Assembly: GCA_036172245.1 (NCBI GenBank)
Contig: JAYWIR010000024.1
Span: forward strand, 2,914,001-2,978,000
Direction: 5' to 3'
Source of the DNA: Raillietiella orientalis
Taxonomy: Eukaryota
Length of the DNA stretch: 64,000 nucleotides
Notes under the pieces: generated by a model
Databases searched by the model: none
The model's input: only the letters and a program-made list of their open reading frames with translations
What the model was told of the DNA's origin: nothing
Part shown: one piece after another, positions 22,451-33,628 of the stretch
Layout of the letters: each line of letters starts with the position of its first letter
How positions within the stretch are numbered: position 1 is the stretch's first letter
Translations under genes and position numbers: made by a program

Positions 22451-23499
22451 GGGGAGTCTCGCTCCCCCCTTCTGAGGCGCGTGCGCTCCAGAGGGGCGGG
22501 TGTTGGGCAGCCAGTCCCCCGCGCGACCCTGGGCGTCGTCCGTGGGCGGCGGCAGCGGCGGCGGGAAGAAAGGGAGGGGGGGAGCGCGCGCGCTGCGGAG
22601 GAGCCGCCGCCGCTTCCGAGGGAGATGCGAGAGCGTGACCGATTAATAATCGCCTCCACCTCTGCTGCTGGGGGATGCTGAACCTTCTGATCTCAGCGAA
22701 CCCGCGCGTGGCTGCGGCGGAGGCGCGGAGATCACGCGTTGGCGTCGGCGGGCTGAAAGAGCGGGAAGGCTAAGCGGCCGGAAAGGAGACGGATGGGGGG
22801 CGATCCTGTTCGCCTCTGGCTTCCTCCAGCTCCCTCCCCTCTTGCCTGCGCGTGCAGGGGAGAGGGGAGGTCGAAGTCTCGCTCGTCCTTCCGCTCTTTC
22901 TCGTCTTCCCGACTCCCCCCACGGGCGCGCCCCGGCTTGTCCGCATCCGAACGCCTTTCCGGAGCGTTTTCTCCGGGGAGGACGAAGGTGGGGACGGCGC
23001 GCGCCTCCGCTCTTCCAGGAAACGCGCGCGCGCTGTCGGTTCGTCGCTCTCGCGGTCCCCGCCGGCTGCCGAATTCCCCTCTCTTCCCCTCCCCCTTCTT
23101 TCCCCCCTCCGATGGCTCGGGCAGTTTCGAACTTTCTCCTCCCCCTCCCCGATCTCGTCCCTCCGACCCCGCTTTGTGCGGGAAACCCTCCCCCGTGGCT
23201 TTTCGGTCGGCTGGAGTGCCCTCTCAGCATCCATCAGCCGCCCGTTCTGCGTGCCCCAGTGCGAGAGCGGCTGCGCTTTTCCCGGAGCATCGAGAAAATC
23301 TGAAGAACGAAAAAGGAAAGAAAGGAAAGGAACATGGCGGCATTTTTGTGAGCGCCTCAGAGGGGACGTCCTTGAAAGTTTTATGGGTGCACGCAAGAAG
23401 CGAGGAAAGAGTCAGAGCGAAAGGGCACTCATTGCTCAGCGCTGAGGGAATCAGCTTTTCTGTCTACGAGCTTCTGGCATTCCCGCGTTTGCTCTTCTG

Positions 23500-24850
23500 G
23501 CATCCCTGCTTCCGCCTTTCTCGCATCCCTGCCTTCACTCTTCTGGTATCTCTCCCTCCACTCTCGTGGCATCCCTGCCTTCACCTTTCTAGCACCACTA
23601 CTGTCTCTCGGAGGACCACGACGCCACCCGGAGTGACCGCAGGCCTTCGCTCTCTTCCAGAAAAGTAGGACGCGCCGTACACTCGCTCCCAGCACCAACC
23701 ATACCCACGGTCGCCCAGCAAGTCATGAGCTTCCTTCTTCCTTCCCTCCCCTTATTCCTCCGCCGGAGCTGCAAGCAGGAAGAGGGCGTGAGAGGGTTAT
23801 CCTCCCCCCCTCCCCTACACTGCTCCCCTGGTCTTCGCCGCCGCCACGGCCGCCGCCACGTCTCCCTTTTCGCTGCCCCGTGGCTGCGTCTCGAAAAGAG
23901 CCGCGTTCCTGCCGTCGAGAGGGCGCTCTCTCCATCGGGATGGAGGGGGAGTCGATCTTTGCGGGACTCCTTCCCGGGCTGCGTGCCTCGCGGGGACGGA
24001 CCGAGGGGGCTGTCGGCGCCACGCGGGGTGCAGCCGCGCTCCGGCACCTCCTTGACGTCTGTGGGCGCTCGCCGAGATGGATGGCTCGCCCGGAGGAGGG
24101 ACCGGAGGGTTGCTGCCGAGCGAGTCTCCCGGCGCGCTCCGCCTCCGCAGCGCCACCGCCGCCACTCGGGGCACGCGGACGGGCCTGCTCCGTGGTGCCC
24201 TTCCTCGAGACCTCGCTCCCCGTCCGGCTACGAAGGACGCGTCCCGCTTTCCTGCCCGTCTCCATCCACGGAAGGGACCTCCGCGGGACAGGAGGGCAGG
24301 AACTTCCCTCCGAGAGGGCACTCGTAGCCTTGGGCCAGACGGAGAACTCGGCGGAAGAATCGAGAAAGAGGGCGGCGGGAGGAAAGGATGGGTGGGCCTC
24401 GGGCCGGACGAGATCATCTGCCAGCCTGCCCGGCGACGGCGGCTGAGACGGCGCTCGGCCCCGCATCCCTCGGAACCCAGCAGACGGGCCGAGCGACAGG
24501 GTCCACCAGGAAGGCCGGGTCGAGCCTGGAGGGCATGGGGGGAGGCAGATGCGGTGCCCAGGATGAGGAGGCTACGGTACGGTGACCGGGCGTGTTATTC
24601 GCTTTCTCTTCCCCCCTCCCCGCTTCCCTGTGACCACTACAGAGACTTCTGCCTCCGGCTCCTGTCCGGCAAGACCTGGAGTGAGGTGGTGCGGAGCATC
24701 TCCTCTGCCGAGTCACTGGAGGAGCTCTAGGGTGTGCGGAAATGCCGGGAAGCTCGGCCGTGCCAGTGCGGGGCGAAAGGGGCGCAGGGACTGCATCCAG
24801 CTGGTGGCAGCAACGAATGACCCGGGGCATCTCTGCTGCCGCTAACCGGA
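23500..24850 (+). mobile_element. Decayed Vingi/ingi-like LINE, 3' part
   Basis: TLAPSTNHTHGRP (cf. VLAP.LFN.YT.DQP), GTSLDV, WMARP (cf. WGA.P), terminal PCQCGAK..LH (cf. C.CGA..QT..H zinc-knuckle). Confidence 0.4.
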
Positions 24851-27800
24851 GGGGGGCGGGGGGAAGCAAGGAGGGGTAGCAGGAAGAGACGCGGAGGATG
24901 TTTCGGGGTGGCGTGGCCGAACAGCGCACTGGCGCTCCCGAAGGACCGCATGGGGGATGGGGGGGGGGGGGGAACGAGCGCGCGGAACCGGCGCAGCGAC
25001 CACTCCGCAGGGGCGCGCGGAGGCAGAGGAGCGGGTTGGGGTGGGCGGGGAGAGGAGGCGGGAGGGGTGCCCGTTTCGGGCGCTTTGAGAAGACCTTAGA
25101 AAGGGGCGGTGAAGGAGGGCCGGGAAGAGGGGGAGGCCGGGGTAGAGAGGATCCGACGCTTCGGGTCCTCTCCCTGCCGCGGAGCAAGGCGGGGCCCATT
25201 GTTCTTGGTGCATTCCTTCTGACCAGGTGAAGGGCGCGCCTTCGCCTCCCCCTCCGCCGCCCCCTCGCAGGTGGAGGAACCTGAAAGAAAGGAACGCCCG
25301 TTTCCATCTCTCCTTCTTCTTCCTCTCCTCCTCCTCCTCCTTTTTTTTTTTTTTTTCTTTTACGACGCGTTCCTCCGAGGCGCAGCACAATGGAAGCAAC
25401 AAATCACGGGCAGCGGCCGTCGAGAGAGGTCATCTGCTCGGTGGTTCTTTGTTGAGCCCAGAGGGGGGGGGGGAGGGGGGCAAGTCGCCCTTCGAGCTAG
25501 AAGAACAACAAAAAAAAAAAAAAGGCAGAGAAGGATGGGCGGAAAAAAGCAGAAGCCTTGGACGGACTCGCCTGAGGTGGTGGACTGCCGGCGGGAGTGG
25601 GGTTTAAGAAGCAGCAGCCCCCCCCCCCCCCCTCGTCTCCGTTCCCTTCCGTCCATAAGACAGACCATCCCCCTCGCTGTGGGTGAGTCGACATTCTTTC
25701 CCTTCGCTTCGTTCGCGTGCTGAGCGCGGACCAGTTGGTTGCCAGTGCAACGCGCCCACGTCAGAAACGACTCTCCTTCCGCTCCCCCATCCCTCCTCCC
25801 CCATCCCTCCTCGTCCACCTCTCCTCGTCCTCTTTGTCTTCCTCCTCTCCTCTTTCATCCCTCCCCCATTTCGCAGCCAGACCGCTCTGCCTGAAGGCAT
25901 AGGCCGAAGTATTCGTGACGCCTCCGCCAAAGAGCGGATTCCCTTCCTCCGCGTCCCCCTCACTTCCCCATCCCTATTTTCCCAGGGTCCCGCTGCCGGA
26001 AATTCAGGTTCCCCAGAGGGGGGCCCCCCCTGCTCGGCGGCGAGACACCTAGTGTGGAGGTTCTCCTTCCTGCCGACAGCCGCCCCGGGAAGTCGCCTGG
26101 AGGAAGACACCCCGGCACCGAGGGGGCTCCCCTGCAGGAGTCCCGCGGGCCCGCTCGCACGCGATGGGTCCGGCTACTACTCCGTGGGGGTCCGCTCTCC
26201 TTCTTCTCCGTCCGCAGCGCGACCGGGCAGCTGGCAGCTGCCTGCGAAGGGAGGGGACGCGCGTCTCCCGCGTCCCGCCACCTCCGCTGCGCCCGTCCTC
26301 CCGCAGACGGGAGCGCCGGCGGGAGTAGGTGCCCCCGCGTCCTCATCGGAGTCGCTGGCGGGTCCCTCGAAGAGCGTGTCCTCCCTGCGGTGGCGTCCTG
26401 AGAGGTCACGATGTCCCGAAGGCGCAGCACCGCCTCCAACGCATGGAGGCAACGCAGGTGTGGCTGTCGCCGATTGACGGTGCCGCTGAGTGCGCTCGGG
26501 GGAGGAGGGGGGGGGGGCGCAGCTCTTTTTCTCCCCGGCGCGACAGGGAGCCACCTCGCGGACCACCCCCGCTCTTTCCGGAGGAGCAGCGTGGGAGGAA
26601 GGGGGGGGGGGGGGAGGACGCAGTCGGGCGCGTTCGTCTTGCCGCCGGTGCGGACCTCCCTGGCGAGGGCGAGGGGCGGCAGTTGGCGGCATGTCCTCGC
26701 CACCGGTGCGCCGTGTTTCACGCCTCCCCGACACGTGTCCGCGCCAGATCGCTATCGCGCGCGCGAGCCGTTGCCATGGGGCCGCTTCCGGGCGAGCGAT
26801 CAATCAGCAGGCCGGATCTCCGCCGTCGCCCGGTTCGCCTGCCGCAGCGCGCGGAGCGGCGGCCTCAGGAGGACGCTGTCGCCCCCACTGCGCCTCCCCC
26901 CAGCGGCGGCGGCGCCGGCGATGGAGCGCGCCGTGACGGGGGGAGGGAAGACGAGGAGGACCGCAGCGTCTGCACCGCCGCGATAAATCTCTCCCCCTCC
27001 GCCTCCTCCCCAGCCGCTGCATCCGGCCGATCTGGGAAGGGTCCTGACGCTCCAGACAGCTTGGCGTCCTTCCCGGTTCGGAGCGATCGCGAGCGGCCGG
27101 AGCAGCCGGGAACTCCGCCATCCCTTGCCTCTCCCCTCCCCCTCCCTCTCCCCTTCCCGTTCGCCCTTACGTGCACGCGCATCCCCCTCCCCCCCTGGGG
27201 AGAGTGCCGCGCGCTCGCGCTCGCCCTATTTCTGCCTCCTCCCCTTCCCTTCCTGCCTGCCGGTGCGCGCTTGAACCGCCGCTGCAGCCGCATCGTCCAG
27301 CCGCAGGCAGGGATGGAGGAGAGGGAAGGGGGAGGGAAGGAGGGGGGGTCCACTCTCTGCCTTCCAGCATCTCCTGCTTTGCATGCCCACCTTCACCAGG
27401 GCGGAAATGGGAGCGGGAGGGGTCGCGAAAGCGGAGAGACGTCGGCATATGGGGAGAGAGAGGGGGGGGGGGTGAGGTCTTTTCCGCTCGAATGGACGGC
27501 CGGGACGCAAGCCTGCGGGATGGGGAACGTGGGAGAAGCGGTGCGCCGTTGCTAAGGGGACGGGAGTTAAGGGTGCAGAGAAGTGAGCAAGCAGGAAGGA
27601 ACGAAAATGGCGTCGTCGTCCACGACGCGAGCTCATGAGACGATCACCGACGCCGACAACCAGTCGCCCGGCTGCCATCGCAACGCTCTGGCCGTCGCGT
27701 TTGTTGCCCTGCAGACGGACGGGACGGCTCTCCGTGATGAAGAGGCGCGCCGCCGGAGGGAGGGAGCTTTCGCACCTTCGCTCCCCCCCCCCCTCTTCGC

Positions 27801-27899
27801 TGCCTTCCTCCTCCCCTCCGTCCGCTCCCCTTCCCTCTCGCCACGAAGCGCCGCGATCATCCGCCGGGAATTTTTGAAGAGGCTCCAAGATCCGCGGAC

Positions 27900-28760
27900 G
27901 CGATCGGTCCATTCATCATCCCGTGAGCATCCTCTTCGCGCGCGCCGCGATGCTTGCGGCGCGCGTTTCCGTGGATACGGCGAAGGGGAATGTTGGACGG
28001 GCCTCAACGGAGCGTTTTAAAAATAGCTCTCTTCCAGGAAGGAGGGGGGGTACGGGACGGAGGAGCACACGGGGTCCTCCCCCCCTCTTCACCTGCTCCT
28101 CTCCTTCCCATTGCTGCCGAGGCACTCCATGGCAACGGGAGGGCGTCGCAGCTCGCGGGAACGTCGAGCACGTCGCCGCTGACTTTCCCGGCAGCGGGTG
28201 GCCACGCGGCTCCCGGTGCCGGATGAGGGAGGGCAGGGAAGGTCCCTCCCCCTTTTGCCCCTTTTTTAGACTCGCCTTGGAGCAGCAGAGAGTTCCCAGC
28301 GTGCAGAGGGCGCTGATCACGGCCTCTTTGGCGATGAGGTCGAAGCATCTGCCTCCCCCTCCCCATTCCCCACGCCCGCTGAAGTGCCTGGGCTGGAGCA
28401 AAGCGGCTCGCTCCTCCGCAGAGCGCCAGGCCGTGGGGTCGCGTCCCCCGGCGGTGCTCGTTTTCCTCCCTCGGCCCCTGCCCGCAAAGGGTCCGTCCTA
28501 GTGGGGAGACGTCCCATCGTTCCTTTTTGCCAAGAATGGAAGCCGTCGGTGAGCCGAGGGATGGAGGGACCCGCGGTCTCCCCACAACGAAGAGGCTCGC
28601 GCGCGCTGAGGGTCTCCCTGGCAACTCCGCCACGGTGCCCTTCTCCGGAACGATGCTGAGGGCTGCACGGGGGGAGGGGCAGAAGAGAGGAGGCAGGTCA
28701 CTCCTCCTTCTCTCGGTGGCCCTCCTCTCGAGACAGGACAGACCGTTGCCAAGGTGACGT
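27900..28760 (+). mobile_element. Decayed Vingi/ingi-like LINE fragment
   Basis: SPLTFP (cf. DR.LTF), ALITASLAMRS (cf. LRT.ALAL..S), CLGWSKAAR (cf. CPVWS.SAH). Confidence 0.35.
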
Positions 28761-28999
28761 CGATAGAAGGGAAGGAGGAGAGGGGGAAGGGGAGGGGAAT
28801 TTGAAGGAAGAAGAAAAGGGGGTAGTGGGAGTGGGAAGGAGAGGGCAGTAAGAGCCGGGGAGCCTCTCGCGCCGCTTCCAGGAGGGGGCGGAAAGTGGAG
28901 CGACGGCGAGGTGGTAGGGCGCGGCTGGACAGGTGGCACTCAACCACCTTGCGCCAGCAGGAAGCCGGGGGTGATGGACGTCCCTCTCCCCCCTCGAAT

Positions 29000-31200
29000 C
29001 GTGGATCCCTACTCCTACTCCCTACCCTTCCGAGTGGCTCTCGGGGGCGCGAGGGCGGCAGGGGGTGCGGAAGAAGGGAGCCGCCGTCGCCCCTCGCTCC
29101 AGCAGCGGCAGTCGTGGAAGGGATTGTGCCTCACACCAGCGAGCCGCTCGCACCGGGAGAGGAGGGGGGACGCCCTCGCCGTTCAGCGGTCAAGGGCCAT
29201 CCCAGCAGAGCTCGGCGCCATTTCATCCCTTCCGCGGCTCGAGGTCGGGGCAGTTTCCGGGGAGGAGGGGGGGAAGCGTGGCTCCTCCTGGCAGACAGAC
29301 GGCACCCTCTCTTCCCCGGGTCGCTCTCGGGCGCTCTTGAAGGGTTCCGCAAGTCCTTGGAAAAGCCTCCCGGGAGCGCTTCCTCACTCATTACCTCCAA
29401 GGTCGCTCCTGCGCTGCGATGGCACCGAGCTAAGTCCGAGGTTGAGCCGCGGGCTCCCTGGTCGCGCCTCCCTCGACCTCCCACGTCCTCTTCCGGTTCC
29501 GAGTCTCTCCGGATTCCGCGCCGAGAGGAGCCCTACGGCGCTGGGGAGCTGAACTTCCTTCCGCCAGCCGACCTGACCTCCCTCCTGACCTCTCGAGAGG
29601 AGATCCACCTCCCTGCTCCGAGCCCCACCTTTCATCCTGCCACTCCCATCCTCTAGTAACTGGACTCCTATCTGGTGGGCATCCGCCTCCACCACGTCCG
29701 CAGCCCACCCCCTTTCCACCAGCGGGACCGGTGGTCGTTCCTGCTTCCTGTTGCCAGGGCAGCGAAATAAGGAGGCGGCGCCTCTTCTGCAGGAGAGGCT
29801 GCAGGGTCCCCTCTCGCGGTGCCCTTCCTCCGGAGCGCCCCGAATCCCACAGGTGGGTGCGAGACGTCCCGGAAGCTCCAGCTCGTCACTGCCTGAGTGA
29901 GCTCCTGCACCCCATCCGCCCCGCGGAGGGCGTCCACCGAAGGCGGCTGCCCATGCGCAGGGGGCGCAGGGGGAAGGGACTTTTCGTGAGGCGGCCGCTG
30001 CCACGTCCCTCCTGCTCTCTTTAGGGAACAGTGCGGTCGGATCGCGGGGTGTCGGGGAGGGGACTGCGGAGGCGTGGGGTGAAAAGAGGGAGAGTGAGGG
30101 GAAAAAGCGAAGAAGATCCGGAGGAGGAGCAGGAAAGGACGGCTCTTGCGAAGAGACAGCAGAGCTCCGCACTCTTCTGCCCTTTGCTTTCGGGAGCGCG
30201 CGACCCCGACCTCCGGGGAACGTTCGGCAGCGTCGCCCTGACGACGGCGTGCCTTCGGTTGCCTCCATCGTCGGGCTCCCGCGCGGGCAGCGCTCCCGGA
30301 AACGCTCCTCGCCCCGTCCTTCGCCTTCTCCGCTGCGCGACGGTCCCTCGGGGAAGGGGTGGCGCCTCCGTGGGACCCACGGGGAAGGCGGCCCGTAGGC
30401 GAGGAAGGAAGGTCGAAGACTCTGGCTCGATTTGCCCTCCTCGCCCCTTCTCTCTCGGGAAGGAGTGGGGGGCGATCGGATGGACGTAGCACCAGGAGCG
30501 AAGCTGCGCTGAAAGGGCGGGGGGCTCCTGGAGCACCACCGCCTACCTCCCTCCCCCCTCTTCCCGGCCCGATTGCGCCGCGCTCGGGAAGACGGGAGCC
30601 GTAAATCACAAGCCGCCGCTGGGGCCAAGGGAGCGGAAGTCGGGAAGGGATGGCCGCCAGCTGCAGCCGGGAGAGGGAAAAGAGGAGGGGAAGGGAACTC
30701 CCTTCTTGGTCGCCGACGCGCCCGCCCCTTCCCTTCCCGATGACGAAAGGAGGGTTCCCCGGAGCAGGAAGAGGAGGGTCGAACCCCCCCTCCTTCTCGC
30801 CCCCTCTTCCTCCCCGCAGCTCCCGCCCTTCCGGCGAGCGCCGGAGGGAGAAACCCCACCCTCCGGAACGTGACGGGTGAGGAAGAAGGGACGACCGGGT
30901 CCTCGCAGGCCCCGGCGGAGACGACTCCCGGGAAGAGGCTCCATGCAGGAACGCGTCTCGAGGAGAGATTCTCCCATGACCTCCCTCCTGCAGGCAGGGT
31001 CCCACTTTTCGAGGACTTTTCCCGGTTGCCGCACAACGCCTGGTGCTCGAAGAGAAGGGGAAGGCAGGCGAGGGCACGCTGGACCAGGTATGATTTTGCA
31101 GGGAGGCGCCTGAGGCGCAGGCAGGATGGCGAGCCAGAGGATGTCGTTGAGCGGGCGCCCGTGGTGACCGGCGTGTCATCACGGGAGGCGGAGAAGGAAG
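29000..31200 (-). mobile_element. Decayed Vingi/ingi-like LINE (RT to 3')
   Basis: PAKSYLV..LACLPLLFEH (cf. PKSYRPISLLC..YKLFER), GGRSW..NL (cf. PGRSC..VLNL), PLAP...VIYGSRLP (cf. LAP.LFNIYT.DLP). Confidence 0.4.
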
Positions 31201-31615
31201 GAAAGCGCAACGTCCACCCGGAAGCGCGCGCCGGACTGTCAAGGCAGCCTCCTCGCCATCATCACCTCTCCTCTTCTTCCATCCATCTTTCTCCCCTTCC
31301 TCCATACGGCCTATACTTCCTCCTCTTTCCCTTGCCTCTCCTTCAGCCATCTTCCTCCTCCTTCTCCATCCATGCTCTTCTCACAGCCACCCTTGCTCAT
31401 CCTCCTCCGTCGGTCTTCCTCGTCGTGCCCACCATCCTCTTCATCAGCAGCGCCACCACCACCGCAGCCCGCGAGACGAGAGAGGCGCGTGCGGAAGGAA
31501 GGGATCCCACGGAAGAGGGCGCTCAGCGACTTCTCGCGTCGGTCGCGGCGGCGCCTCCTCCTCCCGCGCGAGAGTGGGCGGGGGCGGACTCGGTTCTTCA
31601 GACTCCCGGGGGCGA

Positions 31616-31643
31616 CACCACCACCACCACCACCACCACCACC
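31616..31643. repeat. (CAC)n microsatellite
   Basis: Trinucleotide run of ~9 units. Confidence 0.9.
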
Positions 31644-32650
31644 GTTTCCGCGAGTCCTCACGGTCGCGACGCGACCTCGCGTTGCGCTGCTCTCAACCGG
31701 GCGGCGCTCCAGGCGCAGCTCTCCTCGTCTTCCACCTCTTCCGGAGAGGGAGGGGGAGGGGAATTCCTTTCCTCCCATCTTCTTCTTCATCCCCTCCTCC
31801 TCCTCCTCGTTCGGGAAACCGATGGGACTCCTCCGAGGGCTCCCGGCCGTCGCGTGGCAACCGTCTCCCGAGCCGGCCTCGCTTGATCATCTCCCTGCCT
31901 CCTCATCGTGGCGACATGCGGTTTCCTGGAGACGTCCGAAATGCCGCGTCGAAAAGATGGAGGGGGGGGAGGAGGGGGGGGGGTTCAGCCAGTCGCTCAC
32001 GCGCGCGGGAGACGCCGCCGATGACATTCATCCAAGGAAGGAATAGCCGGTGGCCCTTGGTGGGTGGGAGTGCGGGGGGGAAATTCCTGCTGACAAAATG
32101 GCGGGACGACCGAGCTCCCCCCTACCCTCCCCCGTCTTTCTTCGCCGACCTTCCAAGGAGGGGGGAGAGGGGAAGAGGGTCTTGGAAGTGCCGCCGACCT
32201 CGGCGCGGAGCACGCACAGGGCCTTTCTGCGCGCTCCTTCGACCTCCTCGCCTGACAGCCAGCAGATCGATCGCCGATTCCCGTGCTCCCCCCAGAGACA
32301 GAAGGATTGCTCTCCCCCCCCTCTCCTCCCCCCTTTCCGAGGTGCGACCACCGGCCGCAAGCTCCGCTCCCCGAGAGAAGCGAGCGCGGTTTGCGCGCGC
32401 GCTCTTCTTGCCCGGTCGGACGCGCCACGACGCGGCGGACGGACGCTCCGAAGCGTCGGTTTCTCCGCACCGATAAGAGGAAATGCGCGCTGCCCTCGCG
32501 CATCCGCTCGCTCGCTCCCCCCCCTTCCCTCCCCCTCTCCCTCCAACTCCTCCTCCAGAGCTGCGGCGGTGCGCGCGCGCGCGCGCGCTCTCGGATCGTG
32601 AGGCTGCTGTACCTCTTCCGCCTGTCGCTTCGGGAATAGGAGAGCCCTAC

Positions 32651-32672
32651 CTGCTAACAAATAGGTGTCCAT
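32651..32672 (-). other. Candidate first-exon coding stub MDTYLLA + splice donor
   Basis: ATGGACACCTATTTGTTAGCAG|gtaggg on the - strand, downstream of a promoter-like island; partner exon unknown. Confidence 0.35.
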
Positions 32673-32693
32673 AAATCTTCCTCCTGATTTCGG

Positions 32694-32738
32694 AATTTCG
32701 CGCTAAATATTTCCGTGGGAAATATTTAGCGCGAAATT
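32694..32738. repeat. Perfect 21-bp inverted repeat with 3-nt loop
   Basis: aatttcgcgctaaatatttcc-gtg-ggaaatatttagcgcgaaatt; the arms are exact reverse complements. Confidence 0.95.
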
Positions 32739-32949
32739 TTCCCACAGAAAAACGGAAGAAAAAAAAAAAAAGGAAATACCGCCGCCGCCGCGGTGGGACG
32801 CTCTGCTTCGGTAGCGAAAAAATCCCCTCCGCCCGTTGTGCGCTTCGCTTTGCGACGCTGTTCGCCGTTGTTGTTTTGTTTATTTGTTTGCTCACCTCCT
32901 CGGATCCCCGATGGACCTCTGCGCGAGCAAATGAAGCGCCGCGCCTCAT

Positions 32950-33480
32950 CTCCCTCCCTCTCTTTCCTCTTTTTTTCTTTTTTTTTTTTTTTTCCCACCG
33001 CCGGAAAGTTACGGCGAGGAGCAGTCGAACGCGCGTCATCAATTAAGCGGGGAAGATTTCTTTACGAGTTCCCATCCTGCAGAACAGAAGCGAAAGAGAA
33101 CAACATGACATGGAAACGCATTCCCCCCATCGATACGTAAGGGCAGCCGAGCCTTCGATTCGAAACTCGGGGCCGTCTTTGATCAGGGAAACAGCCTTTT
33201 CATTAATCTCGAACGCTGTCCGCCCTCGGGCGTCGAACCGACGTTCTTTGTTTACGTCGCCGTCGACTCACCCGCGAGAGCCGCGGCGGCGGCCGAACGC
33301 CGCGCGGCCAATCGAGGAGGACGGGCGGAATTCCCCGAGACCTCGCCCGCCGCGGCCATCTGTTGCTCGCTCGGCGTACTTGGCGTGCGGGCGGGCGGCG
33401 GCCCGAGCGCCCCTTTGTGCCGCGACGCGACACCACGTCCGAAGAAGCGCGCATGCGCGCGCGCGCGCGCGCTTGGAATG
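32950..33480. promoter_or_regulatory. Promoter-like island (possibly bidirectional)
   Basis: CCAAT 33308-33312, YY1/Pho-like cggccatc ~33353, NRF1/ewg-type gcgcatgcgc 33449-33458, DRE-like catcgata ~33128; free of LINE remnants; candidate exons on both sides. Confidence 0.4.
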
Positions 33481-33571
33481 CCGACGACAGCCAGGAAAAC
33501 GCCTTCTCGGAAGCTGCTGCTGCTTCTGGTGCCTCCCTCCTCCTCCTCCTCCTGGCTTTCGCCCCCTCCCT

Positions 33572-33576
<5 letters not shown>

Positions 33577-33624
<48 letters not shown>
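33577..33624. repeat. (TC)n microsatellite
   Basis: Uninterrupted dinucleotide run of ~24 units. Confidence 0.95.

Positions 33625-33628
<4 letters not shown>

Noticed and set aside
29384..31350. 608-aa and 560-aa overlapping - strand ORFs
   Set aside because: GC shadow ORFs over a decayed LINE; RT catalytic residues not intact.
32694..32738. Hairpin as a pre-miRNA
   Set aside because: 45 nt, perfect stem, 3-nt loop and no lower stem; not a match to any miRNA I recognise.
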